64,000 nucleotides of DNA from contig JBFLGF010000097.1 of NCBI GenBank assembly GCA_050230475.1, positions 1 through 64,000 on the forward strand, given 5' to 3'. The position numbers were made by a program, and so were the translations under genes. Numbering within the stretch: the stretch's first letter is position 1; each line of letters begins with the position of its first letter. Shown here one piece after another: positions 1 through 11,785 of the stretch. The notes under the pieces were generated by a model. The model ran no database searches, was not told where the DNA came from, and saw only the letters and a program-made list of their open reading frames with translations. Origin of the DNA: Ancylonema sp. Lineage: Eukaryota.

Positions 1-1
1 A

Positions 2-2241
2 TGGACTGTTGGCTGGGGTGAGCTCGCGCAGAATCCGTACGACAAAGAGACGAATCCAAACGGTTGCATCAACCTGGGGATGGCTGAGAACAGGGTGAGG
101 AAGTCAGGTGGAGAGGTACCCATGGTGGCATCCTTGTGGTAGAAGGGCAACGGTTGCACTCGATGTGTCTTCCGGTTATGGTCGTGAGGCGACCACTTTC
201 GCAATGAATGGATGGTCCCTCGAAACTGAGAGTCTTTTCTGAGTGTGTGGTTCGCCATGTCCTACGGTGCGGTCTGGTCAATAGGGTATCAGATTATAGG
301 ATGTATCACACTGCTCTATCATAGGGTATCACTTTGTAGGGTGCGTCATGATGCTGTTCAATTCTGTCGGTCTTCCACCGTGTTGGTGCCACCTGTCCTC
401 TTACACAAGGGCCAATCGCATCCAGATGTCCCCTTGCTCAATAACAATAATGACATCGTCCTTCTCTGTCCCTTTCTCGCCACTGTGCTGCTGCCAGCTG
501 TCTCTGGACATCCTCCAGTCGTGGGTCAATTTCCATCCCGAGGCCACGGCCCTCGGGGGTGGAGGAAAGAGCGCCAGCTTGTCAGACATGGCCGGTTACC
601 CGGAGTACCACGGCATTCCCTCCTTCCGCCAGGTGTGATCGGGAGGCACCCATATTCCACATTCCAGTCCTAATGCAGAAATGGCAATCGCTCCCCCCCA
701 GGCTCATGGAAATTGTTTCCGCCATATATTCCGTTTGAGGGGCTCGTGCATGCCAGGTGTTAGGACATCTGATGTTCACAAGTACGTGTGGAATCATGAC
801 TGCTTTCCAGTCTTTATTCCCAAAGTACACCCTCACGCCTTTCAGTATCGGGTCGAATTGGACCAAAAATGTCGGTTCACATTTTGTTTTTTTTGGACAT
901 ATCCCACATCTCACATTGTGCTATCATTTGCCCCCACCCCCCCCAACCCATCCATACATCCTCGTGCTCCCCCTTACCCCCCATCCCATTCTCCTCTCTT
1001 CCTCCGCCCCCCCGTCTCCCTCTCCCCCTTTTGTCCTACCCCTTAGGCGGTGGCATCGCTATTGGACACAGTTTTGGGCGGGCCTTCCCCCTTTGATCCG
1101 GAGTGTGTGGTGGTGACATGTGGCGCTTCTGCAGCGATCGAGATGCTGGCCTTCTGTTTGGGCGATCCTGGGGACGCCTTCATTGTGCCAACCCCGTACT
1201 ACTCTGGGTGAGGGGCGGAGACGAAGGCAGGAACTCCTCATATCTAATATCCTCTCGATCTCGGAATGAATGAGGATGATGTCATACGTGAAACACCACT
1301 CAAATTCACTCAACCCTCCCCCATTCCCCTCCTCCCTTTAACCCTTAATGTTTTGCAGTTTTGAGAAAGACGTGCTATGGCGATCGCAAGTCGCCCTCTT
1401 CCCCGCCCACACCTCGAGTCGTGACGCCTTCAAAGTGTCCCAAGAATGTCTCCAAAAAGCGTACGAGGAAATAACTGCCAAAAAATTACGCGCCCGCGCC
1501 ATCCTCCTCTCCTCCCCCAATAACCCAACGGGGTGCGTATACGACGCACAGACGTTGATGATGATTCTAGCATTCGCAAAAAAGTTCGACCTCCACGTGA
1601 TATGCGACGAAATATACGGGGGCTCCGTTTTTGGAGAGCCCGAATTCCGGAGCATCGCCGGAGTGATGTCGGAAGATGATGTTGATCGCGTTCACATCAT
1701 TTACGGCCTCTCGAAGGATATGGGGCTTCCCGGGTTCCGAGTCGGGGTGTTGTACACCGAAAACGCGGAGGTTCTGAGTGCTGCCAAGAAGACATCGCGG
1801 GTTTACTCTGTGTCGACCCAAACGCAGACCTTCCTCTCCCATCTCCTGTCGGACATCGCATTTGTCAAGGACTACCTAGCCGAAAACCAACGAAGGCTTG
1901 CAGCTTCCCGGAAAGTTCTCGTAGATGCGTGAGAAGCCATCGGCATAGAAGTAGCGAAAGGGAATTCGGGTCAATTTGTTTGGATCAACCTCCGGAGTTT
2001 GCTGGACTCTCGAAACTCCGCAGGTGAAATGGCGTTGAATCGTAGGCTAGTTTTTGAAGCCGGATTAGTGATCACCCCCGGCAACGACTGCCATTGCGCA
2101 GAGGCCGGATGGTTTAGGTTGTGTTTTGCGATGGTTGACATAAAGGTTTTGCATTTCGTTGTAGAGAGGATCGGGAGGCTCATCGAATTGACAGGGAGCA
2201 CAAAGTCGGGAAGAAAGAGAGTGCTCCGAAATATTATGTGA
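2..2241 (+). pseudogene. ACS: ACC synthase-like PLP-dependent enzyme (class I aminotransferase fold), 5' end outside window, one in-frame TGA at 1930-1932
   Basis: Exons <2-94 (NPYDKETNPNGCINLGMAENR), 498-632 (YPEYHGIPSFRQ), 1047-1207 (GDAFIVPTPYYSG), 1359-2241 (SPNNPTG, CDEIYGGSVF, PLP-lysine motif GLSKDMGLPGFRVG, GWFRLCFA). All introns are GT-AG and lie at the three positions typical of plant ACS genes. Homology continues in frame past the TGA. Confidence 0.85.
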
Positions 2242-3033
2242 TGTGACTGCAATTGTACAACAGGTCCTAAATAATTACTATCTTTCTTGGGAGAACGCTA
2301 GCCTTACATGGTCGCCGAGGAACGAGGTTTGGATGTGCTAGGTGGTTTCCTCTTGCAAATGTGCAGGACATCACCGCTTGCCAATGAGTTGGGAGTCGCT
2401 ATGATCAGATCCCCGTGTTAAGCCGCTTAGATGTCGATGTTAAGATATATGGACATACGTGGTATATCCTTGAATCGTAGATCGTTTTTTATGCAAGATT
2501 GCTACCTACGCTGATTAAACGCTAGTCTTTTGCTAGTATCACTCGGTGTAAGCATTCTCACAGGAGGGTGAGAAAAACTCGAGGTGCAATTGACCACGAT
2601 TTGTGGTGAGTGAGACGCTTGCTGGGAATGCACGTATCAAAATCCGTTATTCGCACACTCCACGTAACACGGGCGACAACGTGTAATGTGGGTGGGGTGT
2701 TCATTGCAACTGCTCACATATTTCTTGACAACGCCACTATCTCTACGAGTTGGAAAACAACAACATGATCCATTCGATGACAATTATCACAATTCTTTGT
2801 GTAAGCATATATGAGGCACTTGCAATGAAATCTTATGAAGGCATGCATGAGTTGTAGAAGAAAGTACACAATGTGCATTGAACATTTGTGGCGCAAAATG
2901 TACGGCATGATCGTCGACGAAAAGGCACGAAGGTCAATTCAAAACGAGCCAAAACACTACATGTAGCGTCCTCACCTGTTAAGGTCAAGGTCCCTACACG
3001 CACCCTCCACTTTACCACTTCATACATCCTTGG

Positions 3034-6000
3034 TTAGAACCAATTCGATTTCTCGAAATCTCTAAACCCCCTCAAGTACGTCTCTAGTTGGTCTTGAGTT
3101 TGGTTGTTCAACACCTCGTCATTGATTTCGTCGGGTGACCTCCTCTCGTCCTGAAACCACAAGGGCAGTCACAACAACGTTTTGTATTTTTTCAACGACT
3201 TTTCTTCTCTATGAAACACTCCAGAAAAGTTTTTAGAACAAAATTTTGTATCTCGCGTATTGTGCCATGGGTCATCTTTCAACTCGTTCAACGCCCTCAG
3301 TTTAAGGGATCACACCCCTCGGATTACTTAGCCATACTCCTTGCCATTCGCTCCCACCATTTCTATACTAAGCCAAAAGATTCATCTCACACCATTGCCC
3401 AACCCAAATAAAATTAAATCGCGGAACACCCAAAAAAAATCATATAAACTCGACACACTTTACTCGACGAGGTTCTTAAAAAAGGATATCCACATAAATT
3501 GATCCACATAAAAATATCCACATAACTCTCCACATAGGCACCATTATGGAGCGAAGAATGACTCACTTTCGGAATCACCCGAAAAGTTGTTCCATTGTCT
3601 CGGACCGTCAAGATCTCCATCGTACGGTCCCGATCCGCTCCTCCTGCCACGTCCACCTACAACCACACAAGAGCAGATTAGCATCAGTGTCACCACATGT
3701 GCCTTTATGACAACAGATACACCCCCTTCAAGTATAACCCCCTTCCCTGTTTCTTGGAATACAGCGATGCGATGGCAGACCCGTGTTACTTTGCATGTGA
3801 GAAGATTTTGTGCTCCTGTTCTAATAACCCCAATCGCTAGCATCCACCCCCCCCAACCGAAATTCCAGCATTGCCAGCTAAGGAACCCAAAATGTGGGAT
3901 TCAAAAATCCCAATTCAGAAGTCAGAATTCCAAACACCAATCGATGTAGTTGACTCGACCCAGGCAAGCCATGAAAGTCAAACCCAAGCGTTTGACCCTC
4001 CCACTCAAATTCCGTACCTTCACTTCCGCCTTCCGCACAGACTTTTCCGCTGCATCCAAAACAATAATGTTCTCAAAATCAACAGGACCCTCACCCTCTC
4101 CCCGTCTCTTGTTGCCCAAATGTTTGAACAAAAACACCTGTAGGCGATGATGGGGGGGGCGGGGTAATAGGGAATGAGATGAAATTGACCGATAAAAAAA
4201 CTTTGTGCAAGAAGGAGGATCAAAATGGGAATATCCAGCAAGGGTTGGGAAAGCGATGCAGTTTTCTCGATATTTCAGATCCTATTTGGCAAAAGCAATA
4301 CTCGAGAATCGTAAAACCCCAAACACGGAAACCCGACAGCCCTAGACCCCAAAACGCCAAAACCCTAGAACCCTAGAACCCGAAAACCAGAAAACCCGAA
4401 AACCCGAAAACCCTAAAACCCTAGAACCTGAAAACCCTAAAACCCTGAAACCCTGAAACATGAACCAAATCCAATCACCTTGAACCCCTCAAATACTGCG
4501 ACCAAACCAAGACATCGAAACTGAAGTCACTTTGCCACAAGCCCTACGTAGCACTAAACCCAGAGCACCCACGTGGGTTATGTGCAAAATCTCCCGCAAT
4601 GTAATAACCCTACCCAAAAAACACAAGAGACTCCAACCCCCCCCACCCCGCCCCCCAACCTTTTGGACCTCGTCTGCCTTCTGATAGGGCGCCGCCCGGG
4701 GAGCTGAGGAATACCGCATCTCTCTGGTGACTAGGATGACGTAGGGGCTGTCCGTGCATCGCCAGGACTGGCGGGTATCAGAAGAGAGGGGGCAGCGACA
4801 CGGGTGGAGACTGATTAGGAGTGTTGAAGTGTGCGAGGTAAAGGAGCCAGTGGGGCCCTGCTAGTTGGTGGATGCTGTGTCTCATGAAGCTGGACTTGAA
4901 CCCTAAAACCCCAAAACCCTAAAATCCTAAAACCCTAAAACCCTAAAACCCAGAAGACCCCAAGACCCCAAGACCCCAAGACCCCAAGACCCTAAAACCC
5001 TAAAACCCTAAAACCCAGAAGACCCCAAGATGCCAAGGGGGTGTAGGGAAGGACTCTACACCCCGCCTTGTAAAATCTTCAAAATTGGTATCCAGATGGA
5101 GAATTCCGGAACTGCGTACTGAATATCAATTTTTCTCAGCAGCCGTCGGGAGAGGAGGAGGAGTGAGTATCTGTACCTTCCTTCCTCCCCCCCTCCCCCC
5201 CTCCCCCCTCCCCCATGCTTCCAATTCTCACCTCTGCTGGCAGTGATCCCAAAATTTTAGGTCTGGAATACACCTCCGACTCTGGTTTGCTCAGGTAGAT
5301 CTGAAGCCGGGGGAAAAGAGGGTTAGTGTTAATTCCAAAACCCGTACTCGGAACATGATCCAGGGAACCCTGGATTAGTTTCTTGCTGCCCGGAAAAACC
5401 CTAGATTACTCAGGGGTGAATTCTCCTCCGATTTAGCAGAGTTTAAAAGTGGAATAAGACTATTGTTGGGCTGGATCGATAATTTTAGGGTTTCATCCGA
5501 CCGACATTGGGTGCCTCTGTTCTCGACACAGAAGAAAGTGAAGGCCAAAACCTGAACCTGAACCTGAACCTGAACCTGAACCTGAACCTGAACCTGAATC
5601 TGAACCAGAACCTGAACCTATTCATCCTGTTTGCGTCACTGCTTTGATCGAAGTCTTTTAGGAAGACAGGGCATCGGTGTTTCAAAGACCTTGGGCTGAT
5701 CTGGTGGTGTGATGATGAGTGTATGATTGCGATGGATAGCGCTGTTAAGGAGGTGGGAGATGAGGTCTGAATTCAGAGTCATGGGGTAGGTGGTCACTGA
5801 AAGATGAGGAGGTGCCTCAATCTTGTTTTTCTTTTTCTCAAGGAGCAACAGTTAATTCGGAGTGAGAGACTGAGAGGTACTGATTTTGATGCGACTGTTC
5901 AGAAGCTCACCTCTCGAAAGTCAAACACGTCGTCATCCTCATCCGGAACCTTCCGGATGAAGAAGTCGCATTCGAACAGCTTCACCTTATGGAACTGATC

Positions 6001-6549
6001 CTCGTCGATCTTGAAATCCACCAATTCCACCTCCGTCTCCTTCTTCTCCTCCCCGCCCCCCACCCTCTCCAGCCCATCCAAATCTTTGACGGAGAAGGAG
6101 CCCGGGGGCATGTCAATGTCGCGCTCAATTTCGAACTCCATCTCATCGTCCATCGCGTCTTCCTCATCCCCGCCCGCTCCCTCCGAGTCGAGGTCGTCCT
6201 CATCCCCATCATAATCATCCGCACGTGCGACGATCAACGACCCTCGTCTCGATTCCACTCGTCTGTAAGCCGTCAAGCAGCTCAAGCTTCCTACTTCGTT
6301 GGTCACGCCGTTGGCGCTGTTCACACCGGAACGGGATGCCAGCGGTTCCAGCGAACAAGCCCGCATATTAAATGCCGCTGGACCGGAGCAGTGAATTGGT
6401 GGTGCCATGAATACTTTCTCACTGTTGCGGTTGGGGCGGACGGGGCCTTGTACCCTCTGGGACGTCGTGCAAGTGGACGCGTCCGGACTGACACGCCAAC
6501 CGAGTCCTGCGCCAAAGGTGGCGGCTGCTGCGCCACATACTCCCGCCAT
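3034..6549 (-). CDS. PTAC6: Plastid transcriptionally active 6 (pTAC6/PAP8)-like PEP-associated protein, 6 exons, N-terminal transit-peptide-like region
   Basis: Exons 6549-5911 (..FHKVKLFECDFFIRKVPDEDDDVFDFRE), 5300-5232 (IYLSKPESEVYSRPKILGSLPAE), 4767-4660, 4137-4018 (VFLFKHLGNKRR..), 3656-3567 (..ILTVRDNGTTFRVI), 3150-3034 (..YLRGFRDFEKSNWF*). All introns are phase-0 GT-AG. Motifs match remembered pTAC6, including the terminal RDFxxSNWF. Confidence 0.85.
4315..5030. repeat. Degenerate telomere-like (AAACCCT/AAAACCCT/AAGACCCC) tracts in pTAC6 introns
   Basis: Runs of aaaccct, aaacccg and aagacccc units at about 4315-4460 and 4895-5030. Confidence 0.8.
5549..5618. repeat. (AACCTG)n hexamer microsatellite in pTAC6 intron 1
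   Basis: Tandem aacctg units seen directly. Confidence 0.95.
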
Positions 6550-6796
6550 ACTTAACTGCGTTTGGCGTTTCGAGAGAATATTAAGGCCGCAGCTGTAGCA
6601 CTCCCTTGCCGGCTCACGCTTCTCAGACCGATGCTACTAGGATTTTTCCGACCGAGGCCTACTTCGGGCGGGAGCGTCGCACCGATGAGGAACGTCGAAC
6701 CCTCTCCTGCTTGTCGATCTGGTAACACGTGTGGGGTTCAACACGGTTGTGAGAGAAAAGTTTTGTTTTTAATTTGACAATTGGAAGAGAATTGTA

Positions 6797-7410
6797 CAGT
6801 AAATATTCGTTACGGGCAGACTTGTTATAGGCGCAGTCACGTTACAGGCACCAAAATCGCGTGTACCAAATTTCCCCCGCCAAATCGTCTTCGTCATAGG
6901 TACTAGCACACCACGTTACAGGCACACCAAAAAGCCATTTTGTGCCTATAACGAATTGTGACGTCATAAAATATGCTGACTTGACAGGCTACTGGGGGAA
7001 AATAATTGTTTCAGACGGAGGTTTTCGTCCTTCTTTTATAACTATTTTCGGTGCATAGCATCTAAGATTACCACGCCACACTTGAACATGGAGTTGTTTG
7101 AAAATCCATATTGAAACTGGTCGTTCAAGTTGCCAGCGTGGAAGATCTGTAAAATGTTTGGGTCACATTCTATATCGAGAAAGAGAAAAAAGACTCGAAT
7201 ACAGGTAACGCACACAGAGAAGAAGAGAATATGTGAGACACAAAGCCACAATCCCTAGTGGGCACAAAATAAGATCAACCAAGTTGCAAACAAGGAGCTC
7301 GACAAATCGATCGGCAAAGCACTCTCGAGCAAGATTTTGAAGGAGGGCGAGAAATGGATTTCCGATAAGAATTTCAAGATCTCTCCAAGAAGGCGCTAGA
7401 CCTTCAACAG
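6797..7410 (+). mobile_element. Degenerate pogo/Tigger-like (Tc1/mariner) DNA transposon left end with CENP-B-type HTH remnant
   Basis: TA|CAGTAAATATTCGTTA terminus at 6795-6812. From ATG 7154: MFGSHSISRKRKKTRIQVTHTEKKRICETQSHNP*WAQNKINQVANKELDKSIGKALSSKILKEGEKW, which resembles the CENP-B/ABP1 N-terminal HTH. In-frame stops at 7256 and 7397. A homologous end lies in reverse orientation at about 55160-55350. Confidence 0.65.
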
Positions 7411-8710
7411 GTGAGTGATACTTGATAAAATTTTTATGGGAGGCCTTATGCTTATTATTGTCGTGCTATCCAGCATCGTGCCACAGTCTCACGTGCGATC
7501 CTACTGTTTCAACGAACTTTGTTGTTAAATTCAAATCACACGTGCGACACGCTTTCTATCTCCTCACATGGTTATTTACATATGGTCTCATGATCTAGTC
7601 GAGATCCGCCACACACACATGCGCGATAATAAATAGCCATTGCACACATCTCACTTGCGTATACAATATGCCAAATATTATTTTCTATCCTACCTAAAGC
7701 AAGGCAATGCCTTCGGCGTGGACATAGATTGTCTGAAGCTTAATATTGTGAGTACAACGCAATACTCAAGAGATCGGTATTCAAAGATATGTCATAAACA
7801 AATGCACATAGGTCAAATGCAGATAGGCTGATTGCCAGCAAAATTTGATTAAAAATCACACAAAGGATTGGGGTAATTTGGTCATTGGTTCCCGAGGTGT
7901 GCAAAGACCGAACGAGGTCTAAGCACAAAGATGACAAAATGTTTAGTTTCCTAGTTTTCGATCGTTTTGCGGCGCCGCTAAGCTAGCTAAGCTGGCTAGC
8001 TCACCGACGTACTTGCTACTCCATTACTAGCCAAGCATTCTAAATAGCGACGTCACCTAGATCACTTCTACAGCTAGATACAATGCATGGCTGCCACAAC
8101 GCGTCTCTTGCCGTACAACTGCATTGCTGGCTTCCGCTAACTATTGCTCAGGACACATAACGATCCACAATGCGACTCCATACATCTTGCCGTTACTTTA
8201 AACAAGTACCATCAGCTCATGCTAATAATTGTGCTCCTACCGTGAGGTTCTTGCATCTTGACAATTGTAAGGGGAACATATGTGGACCTACGACTGAACG
8301 ATAAAAGTTCCCCATGGTGTCCTCTGGACATAGTGCGTAAGTGGCGGAGCAATCATGTCGTGCTTCAATAATGCCTTCATTTGCCAATCGAAACTTGATT
8401 ACAAATACGTCCGCCCGGCCACGTGCCAAATTGTAATGATATTGAAAAGACCCACGCACGTGCCAAACATGGTTCAAGGACGCCAAATACTCATACTTGC
8501 ACCATTCATCGTATAGGCACATTCACCCATTTCCCCCAGAAATCATTATTGAGGCACACGATCGTTTATTGTCCGACATTACAATTATTGATGTTTCTAC
8601 GTGCAATCTTGTGGACTGTCTGAATGTGACATGACATGGCACCACAATCGATTCGAAACTGCAATTCTGACTTCAAATACAATTATCACTAATAGAGGAG
8701 AACTGATATT

Positions 8711-8943
8711 ATAAAAAACGACGGGAACCCATCTCATTACAAGAACGTGCCTATAAAGTAAGGACGTATCCCCAAAAACGATAAATATGTGAGCCGGTCG
8801 TACTAGACAAAACTAGCAACAACATGCAACTCCGAAGAAGAAAGTGGAACAGGCGTTGGTGGGGGAGGTAACAAGGCCATGGATTGCTCTAGACGTAGGG
8901 TTCTAGCATGTATCGCATGTGCTAGCGACCGTTGCAATGCAAT
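8711..8943 (-). mobile_element. 5'-truncated 3' end of CRE-like (RLE-type) non-LTR retrotransposon
   Basis: Homologous to 10834-11088, 34937-35076 and 54179-54790; shared terminus aaaaacgacgggaaccc(c)atctcattacaagaa. Confidence 0.7.
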
Positions 8944-9628
8944 GCAACCAATACGCTATCGTGTTTCTCGTCTAGTTTGGAATGATATTTTCTTCAAAAT
9001 GCCAACTTGCGTTGGGGGGTACCCGATTCCTAAATTCTAGAACACCGAAACCTGGTCGTTACTCACTGAGAGCGATGTTGGTTGTAGCGAAGTACTCCTT
9101 TCATCAGCTGGCATTGGAAGGTGGAACAGAAGATTGAGGGGCGGTTGAGACATCAAATCTCAGTCGACCCCTCCGCATTGCGCGGGCTAAGAGTACTCTT
9201 AGAGCGTACATTATGGCCGGGCTTAATAGGGTCCTAAGTGGACAGGTTAACCTAGGCGCAACAGCCTCACTTAGGACCCTGTTTCATCACGAAACTTGGC
9301 GTAAATGGCGATCTAAGAAACCCGGGTCCTAAGTGAGTTCACTAAAATTATGACCGATCCAAAGCACCTGTGACTCGAGTGAAGTTTGCGCGCGAATTTC
9401 CCCTCCGTACCTATTCGTACAGTGTCAGTGTTCGAAACATCTGTCAGGATTGTGTGCGTGCCCGCTCCTACTACTACAGCGCCGCTACTACTGCATCGTT
9501 CTTTTACAGACGTGTACGGCGTAATGTCTCCCAATGGGTGACGAATATAGAGCGATCCGAAGGGAATGCTCAAGACGTGCAGTTGCCGAGTATCGCGATG
9601 AACCTGATGAAGAGTTGATAGCGTATTA

Positions 9629-10104
9629 GAGTATGTTTTATCGGCGAGCACTTTGAGTATCACTTTGACGCGATACCCGCAGGTTAACCCCGCGGAATTC
9701 AGCGTATCACTTCGAGGCGATAAGGCGTATTGAATAATAGTGATACCCACACGTATTACGTATCACAGCAAGTTTTTTGAGGAGTATCACTCCGATGGAT
9801 CGTTTTTTTTCGAAAGAGACACGTCACGTCATACTCCCTTCGAAAATTGCAGCGACGCTACACGCGTCAAAAATGAAGCTGAAGGCTCCACGACGACAGC
9901 AACGAGTGTCACAATTGTGAAACGAGGGTCACTTTGTGATACCCAAATCAGAGTTGTGATACGGCGCTCAGAGAGTATCACTTCGCAAAATTCTAAAACG
10001 CCACGATGTGATACCGCGTAAAACTTGAAGTGATACTCTTTCAGTGTCACAAATGAGGCGCAATCGAAGTGATACTCCAAAGTGCTCGCCGATAAAACAT
10101 ACTC
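9629..10104. mobile_element. Tourist-like MITE (476 bp) nested in the Harbinger-type element
   Basis: TIR GAGTATGTTTTATCGGCGAGCACTTTG(G)AGTATCACTT at both ends; TTA TSD at 9626-9628 and 10105-10107; internal GTATCAC/GTGATAC repeats. Confidence 0.85.
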
Positions 10105-10833
10105 TTAGAGTATGCACTCTGTCGCCGCAGCAAGTATGTCCTCACCTCTTTCCGCGAACGCGTCCAGGCCCCCCAAGGACAACAGTAAAAAAGTCACGGA
10201 AAGATGCTCATGGAATGCTCCGGAGCTGACCTTATTTTTTCATTTTTTTCACCATTCGTTTATTTTAGTTCGTTTATTTTAGAACGGTCAGCTCCGCATA
10301 CCTCTGACTGGAAATCCGCTGAATAGTTCGCAGGTAACCCAAATAGTTGTACCAGATTACCGCTCTCATCGTCGTCTTCCTCAAAAAAATCGGGAACGAC
10401 GACAGGCGGAGCCTCATCCTCTGAATCGCTGTCCAGGAAAGAGATCCATCTCGGGCTCACGACGTGTTATCTTGCTGCGGAAGGAGTGGTCGAAGCGCAA
10501 AACAGGCGCAGGGAGAGTTCCAGGGCAGATCAGTTCCAGTTCCGCAGCTACTTTGAATCGAGATCATTTTCGCGAAGAAACCGCGACAGTATATCGGGTT
10601 ACCCGTCGCACTTGACGTCACAAACGAATTGCACACGGAACCCCCAAAAGCTTCGGGAGAATACTTTTGGTGTCGCAAAGACTTTCTCGATAAAAAGTGA
10701 CAGGTCACGAATAACTCTTACACGCGTGAAAAAAGTTGAAAAAGTGCCGATTTCCAACCCGGAAAGTCCGGAAGGAAAAAGTCGACTTTTTTTAACTCAA
10801 AAAAGCTCGAAAAGAAAGGAAAGTGTATATTAA

Positions 10834-11088
10834 TGAAAAACGACGGGAACCCCATCTCATTACAAGAATGTGCCTGTAAAGAAACTACATCCTATAAACG
10901 AAAAATATAAATATAAGGGCCGATCGTACTAGCCAAAACTAGCGACAATAAGCAAATCCGAAGAAGAAAGTGGCGCGCGCGGTGGTGGGGGGGGGAGCAA
11001 GGCCATGGACTGCTCTAGACGTTGGGTCCTAGCATGTATCGCATGTGCTAGCGACCGCTGCAACGCAATCGACACCCTCTGGCGGAAC
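10834..11088 (-). mobile_element. CRE-like non-LTR retrotransposon 3' fragment nested in the Harbinger-type element
   Basis: Minus frame reads FRQRVSIALQRSLAHAIHARTQRLEQSMALLPPPPP..., the C-terminal helix typical of RLE-type LINE ORFs; same 3' UTR as the other copies. Confidence 0.7.
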
Positions 11089-11785
11089 AGTCGAAAAAGT
11101 TGTTGTTGAAAAAGTATATCTGCGAACGAAAAATGCTCATTGCGATGAAATCGAAATACAGGTGTATTTCGCTCGATTTTCAAACGTATGAATGACTCAC
11201 TATATTGTGCCACGACAGCACTTTTGGTCACTTAGGACCCTCAAAAAGCCCGGGTTTGGGTCCCAAGTGATGGCCTCACTTGGGACCCAAACCCGGGCTT
11301 TTTGAGGGTCCTAAGTGGTCATAAAGCGGCGCAATCCACTTAGGACCCGGAAAACTTGCCATAATTTTCACTTTGGGTCCTAAGTGATAATCGAAACCGG
11401 GCGCAAGTCACTTAGGACCCTATTAAGCCCGGCCATAACGTACGCTCTTAGCCCGTCGTTCGGATTCACTTCTAATTTTGTTCGTCCTTTCACGCGCGAT
11501 TAGAAAAATAATTGCTGGTTGTCACGTGAATTCCAGTCGAGCAAAGTCTCTCGGCATTCCAGAGGCAGCTCTTACAGTCAGTGGAGCTCTCACTATGATT
11601 CGTCATCGAGTGAAATAAAGGTGGTCGCGAGTGAAGTGGTTAGAAGCGCAGAGTGCGAGGGAGAGGAATGTTGTCAAGGACGTGCTCCACTTCGTTACGA
11701 AAGGCTTCGCCAATAAAAAGTAGGTGAAAATATGAACAGAAGGATCGCAGCAATATCATAGTTGACCGCCTGCATTGGCGCTCAG

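Larger units (their letters stand above)
9202..11447. mobile_element. Non-autonomous PIF/Harbinger-type element (about 2.25 kb) with nested insertions
   Basis: TIR GAGCGTACATTATGGCCGGGCTTAATAGGGTCCTAAGTG (9202-9240) matches the reverse complement of 11409-11447 with one mismatch. TTA duplicated at 9199-9201 and 11448-11450. Many subterminal CACTTAGGACCC motifs. Confidence 0.85.

Noticed and set aside
1930..1932. TGA as selenocysteine or programmed readthrough
   Set aside because: The position aligns with Leu rather than Cys, the 3' context (GAA) is not a known readthrough motif, no SECIS was evident, and other genes here use TGA as a normal stop.
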